A stretch of 56,819 nt of DNA from an uncultured Gammaproteobacteria bacterium (GTDB lineage Bacteria; Patescibacteriota; Microgenomatia; Woykebacterales; RBG-16-39-9b): positions 16,794 to 73,612 of the forward strand of contig CAZXPY010000002.1 of assembly GCA_964643435.1 (NCBI GenBank), in the 5' to 3' direction. Under the pieces are notes generated by a model. It searched no databases and was not told the origin of the DNA. It worked only from the letters and a program-made list of their open reading frames with translations. The position numbers and the translations under genes were made by a program. Shown here piece after piece: positions 54,507 to 56,819 of the stretch. Positions within the stretch are counted from its first letter, which is position 1. Every line of letters starts with the position of its first letter.

Positions 54507-54525
54507 ACCTATAGCACTCTAGCGG

Positions 54526-56034
54526 TTAAATTATTTTCTTTAGCTTTTGGCCACTCTTAGTATCAACCACCTCATAGCCTAGCGCTTTGATTTCTTTTCT
54601 TATTTTATCGGCGGCTTCAAAATCGTTCTGCTTTCTCGCTTCTTCTCTTTTACTCATTAACTCCTTAATTTCTGCCGGAATTTTAGTAGCTTCCAAGGCT
54701 CTTCTTTCAAAATCTAAACCTAGAACTTGATCGAATTTATAAAGACTCTTTAGTTTTGCTCCTGGTGGATAATCGCTTCTGACAAGTTCCCAAACAACCG
54801 ACAAGGCCGAGGGCATATCCATATCGTTATTTATGCTTTCCAAAAACCGGCTTTCATATTCAGCGCAACCCTGCCCCTCGAAGCCTTGGCGAAGTGGGGC
54901 AATTTTCGCCTCACTTTCACCGGCGTAAAGAGAAATTTCCCGGTAAAGATTGTTTAGGGCGTTCTCAGCCGCTGCAAGCGCCTTACCAGTGAAGTTCAAA
55001 CGCGAGCGGTAATGGGCGGTTAAAACTAAGTAGCGGAAAGAAAGAGGGTTGTGACCATGGCCTGCTAGATCAGAAATTGTGTAAACATTTCCCTCCCGCT
55101 TAGCCATTTTTTTGCCATCAACTAAAAGGAACCCACCGTGCAACCAGTAATTGACAAATTTTTTCCCAGTAGCAGCCTCACTCTGAGCAATTTCGTCCTC
55201 GTGGTGAGGAAAAATGTTGTCTTCCCCACCAGTGTGGAGGTCAAACGTTTGTCCAAGATATTTCATACTCATTGCTGAACATTCGATGTGCCAACCGGGG
55301 AAACCTTCGCCCCAAGGACTTGGCCATTTTAGGGTCCTACCTTTTTCCGCTTTTTTCCAAAGCGCAAAATCAGCACTGTCTTTTTTATCAGTTTCCGTAG
55401 CAACGCGAACTGCTTTCAGGAGTTTATCCATCTTGTTTAAAGTGTTCCCAGAAAGCTTTCCGTAATTAGCAAATTTTTTGACATTAAAGTAAATCGTTCC
55501 AAAGCTTTTATGCTCAGTTTCGCTTCGGATTCCAGCTTTTTCACGTTTTGCGCCGACTTCGGCGTCTAATACTGTACCATCCGTCTCATAAGCGTATCCT
55601 TTGTTCAAAAGAGTTTTAGTCAATTCAATCATTTCTTGAACGTGTTCGGTTGCTTTTGGATAAACGTTCGCTGGCAAAATATTGAGGCGTTTCTCGTCCT
55701 CAAAAAACTTTTTTGTGTAGGTTTCGGCTATCTCCTGCGGGGTTTTTCCTTGCTTCAAGGCCTCGGCTATCACTGGGTCTACGACAATACCAGCTCTTTC
55801 ATCAGTACGCATGTGGCCAACATCAGTAATATTTTTTACGTGTTTTACTTTGTAACCGTTGTAGATCAAAACTCGCCGTAGAATATCGGCCATAAGGTAG
55901 GTACGAAAATTGCCAATATGGATATCGCGGTAAACCGTCGGACCACAGGTGTAAATACCTGCCTGCCCTTTTTTGATCGGCCCAAACTTTTCCTTCGTCC
56001 GGCTTAGAGTGTTTGTAAGAAAAATATCAGCCAT
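54526..56034 (-). CDS. cysS: Cysteine--tRNA ligase
   Basis: YTCGPTVY, HIGN, NITDVGH, DFALWK, PGWHIECSAM, HHEDEIAQ, KMAK. Confidence 0.98.
   Translation of the reverse strand: MADIFLTNTLSRTKEKFGPIKKGQAGIYTCGPTVYRDIHIGNFRTYLMADILRRVLIYNGYKVKHVKNITDVGHMRTDERAGIVVDPVIAEALKQGKTPQEIAETYTKKFFEDEKRLNILPANVYPKATEHVQEMIELTKTLLNKGYAYETDGTVLDAEVGAKREKAGIRSETEHKSFGTIYFNVKKFANYGKLSGNTLNKMDKLLKAVRVATETDKKDSADFALWKKAEKGRTLKWPSPWGEGFPGWHIECSAMSMKYLGQTFDLHTGGEDNIFPHHEDEIAQSEAATGKKFVNYWLHGGFLLVDGKKMAKREGNVYTISDLAGHGHNPLSFRYLVLTAHYRSRLNFTGKALAAAENALNNLYREISLYAGESEAKIAPLRQGFEGQGCAEYESRFLESINNDMDMPSALSVVWELVRSDYPPGAKLKSLYKFDQVLGLDFERRALEATKIPAEIKELMSKREEARKQNDFEAADKIRKEIKALGYEVVDTKSGQKLKKII
54873..54900. repeat. 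Palindromic element inside the cysS reading frame
   Basis: GCCCC-TCG-AAGCCTTGG-CGA-AGT-GGGGC, translated as APLRQGFEG. Confidence 0.6.
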
Positions 56035-56104
56035 AATACTAATTTTAGCAGTAACTAGTAGTTAGTATCTAGTGGCTTGAATTTAAGTATATAACCGCCA
56101 TATG

Positions 56105-56305
56105 AGGACAGCGTCTTTTGACTTGCAAAAACCCGAAGAGGAAACTGGAACTGACCGAACGCAGTGAGAGAATTCCAGAGGACGTCCCGAAGGTTTTTGC
56201 TTAGTCAAACAGCTACCGCAGTCTGGCGGCCGTTTTGGTGCTTAGTCCACGAAGTGGTCGCAGCATTTGGGAGTACCCCCGCTCAGCGGGGTTACGGAGA
56301 ATGCT
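56105..56305. other. Structured intergenic region, candidate ncRNA
   Basis: Nested stems TTTGACT/AGTCAAA, GCAAAAACC/GGTTTTTGC and CTGGAA/TTCCAG, plus three GC hairpins. Confidence 0.4.
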
Positions 56306-56323
56306 TAGCCTTAGCGCAGCACT

Positions 56324-56377
56324 CGAGAGTACCTAAATTACCTTCGCGATTAGCGAATGAATTTAGTTACGGAGAAT
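56324..56377. repeat. Dispersed about 53-bp imperfect palindrome, copy 2
   Basis: CGAGAGTACCTAAATTACCTTCGCGATTAGCGAATGAATTTAGTTACGGAGAAT. Confidence 0.8.
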
Positions 56378-56378
56378 G

Positions 56379-56804
56379 CTATCTTTGGGGTAAATCAAGA
56401 GGGATGTTGGTTCTTTCGGCTTGTCTTTTTTCCATTCGCTCAATTAATTGCTTCATCTCATCAAGATCTTTTTGCAAAGTATCAAATTCTTCGGCAATAT
56501 CCTCTAGGCGCTCTTCGGTTTCTTCTTCTTCTTTATCTTCCTCAATTGCCCTCTGTTCCGCAATTTCGGCCTGACGGTTTTGGGCAACCATTATGAAGGT
56601 GGCTAGGAAAATCGCTTCAAGGGAAACAACCATTGTTAGAAGACCAAAAGGAAACGCATCGCCAATTCTGTTAGCGAAAAGCAGCCACAAAACAAACCAA
56701 GCTATATGAACGTAAACAAAAAACATACTGCCAGCTAATCGGGTGATAGCATCGGCTAGTTTTGTTTCTGCATCTCGCCATTTTTTGCCAAAAATCGTAA
56801 ACAT
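56379..56804 (-). CDS. DUF1003 membrane protein
   Basis: LADAIT..AGSM.F...H..WF..W...PFGLLTMVVSLEAIFLATFIMVAQNR, then coiled coil. Confidence 0.9.
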   Translation of the reverse strand: MFTIFGKKWRDAETKLADAITRLAGSMFFVYVHIAWFVLWLLFANRIGDAFPFGLLTMVVSLEAIFLATFIMVAQNRQAEIAEQRAIEEDKEEEETEERLEDIAEEFDTLQKDLDEMKQLIERMEKRQAERTNIPLDLPQR

Positions 56805-56819
56805 ACTTTCACCTCCCCA

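Noticed and set aside
52353-54522. Plus-strand and alternate-frame ORFs over the arrays and Tas gene (52353, 52685, 52863, 53260, 53711, 53745, 54040, 54247)
   Set aside because: Shadows of GC-rich coding or structured RNA; no SD or motifs.
56164-56596. Plus-strand ORFs 56164..56574 and 56357..56596
   Set aside because: Overlap structured DNA and the antisense of the DUF1003 gene; no homology cues.

Overview
Chromosomal segment of a Patescibacteria (CPR) bacterium, most likely Microgenomates. This is inferred from the AT-rich genome, standard genetic code, DUF5666/DUF5667 and cohesin surface proteins, a VirB4-like ATPase and the GlmL-like gene after rpsF-ssb-rpsR. Housekeeping genes (dnaB, hisS, cysS, rpmE, a short prfA, rpsF/ssb/rpsR, efp, lgt, rluD, ychF, pyrB, purC, ctpA, htrA) alternate with surface-protein loci and single-gene islets. 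Main discovery, at 52246-54506 on the minus strand: a GC-rich IS110/Nop-domain (TIGR-Tas-like) gene whose RuvC-like domain lacks two catalytic Asp. It is flanked on both sides by 14 stem-loop units, each carrying two exactly 9-nt variable guides in an invariant ACAA-N9-TGT frame. The cassette has its own TTGACA-17-TAGAAT promoter, and one scaffold block is duplicated with all guides replaced. Second highlight: a complete tRNA-Leu(CAA) nested in the anticodon loop of a second Leu-type tRNA gene, which also carries a REP-like doublet in its D arm. Other notable loci: tandem dockerin+cohesin gene pairs with an LPxSG-type cohesin and no CAZymes; a shared TM-RS[RK]A N-terminal motif in five surface proteins; a 1353-aa stalk protein ending in a lysozyme-like domain followed by two paralogous small proteins; a 1599-aa 3xDUF5667 protein with a Cys/aromatic repeat tail; and a RAYT-type transposase with a GT-N3-AC palindrome family. 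No database searches were run: family names come from motif recognition and GC statements are by-eye estimates.
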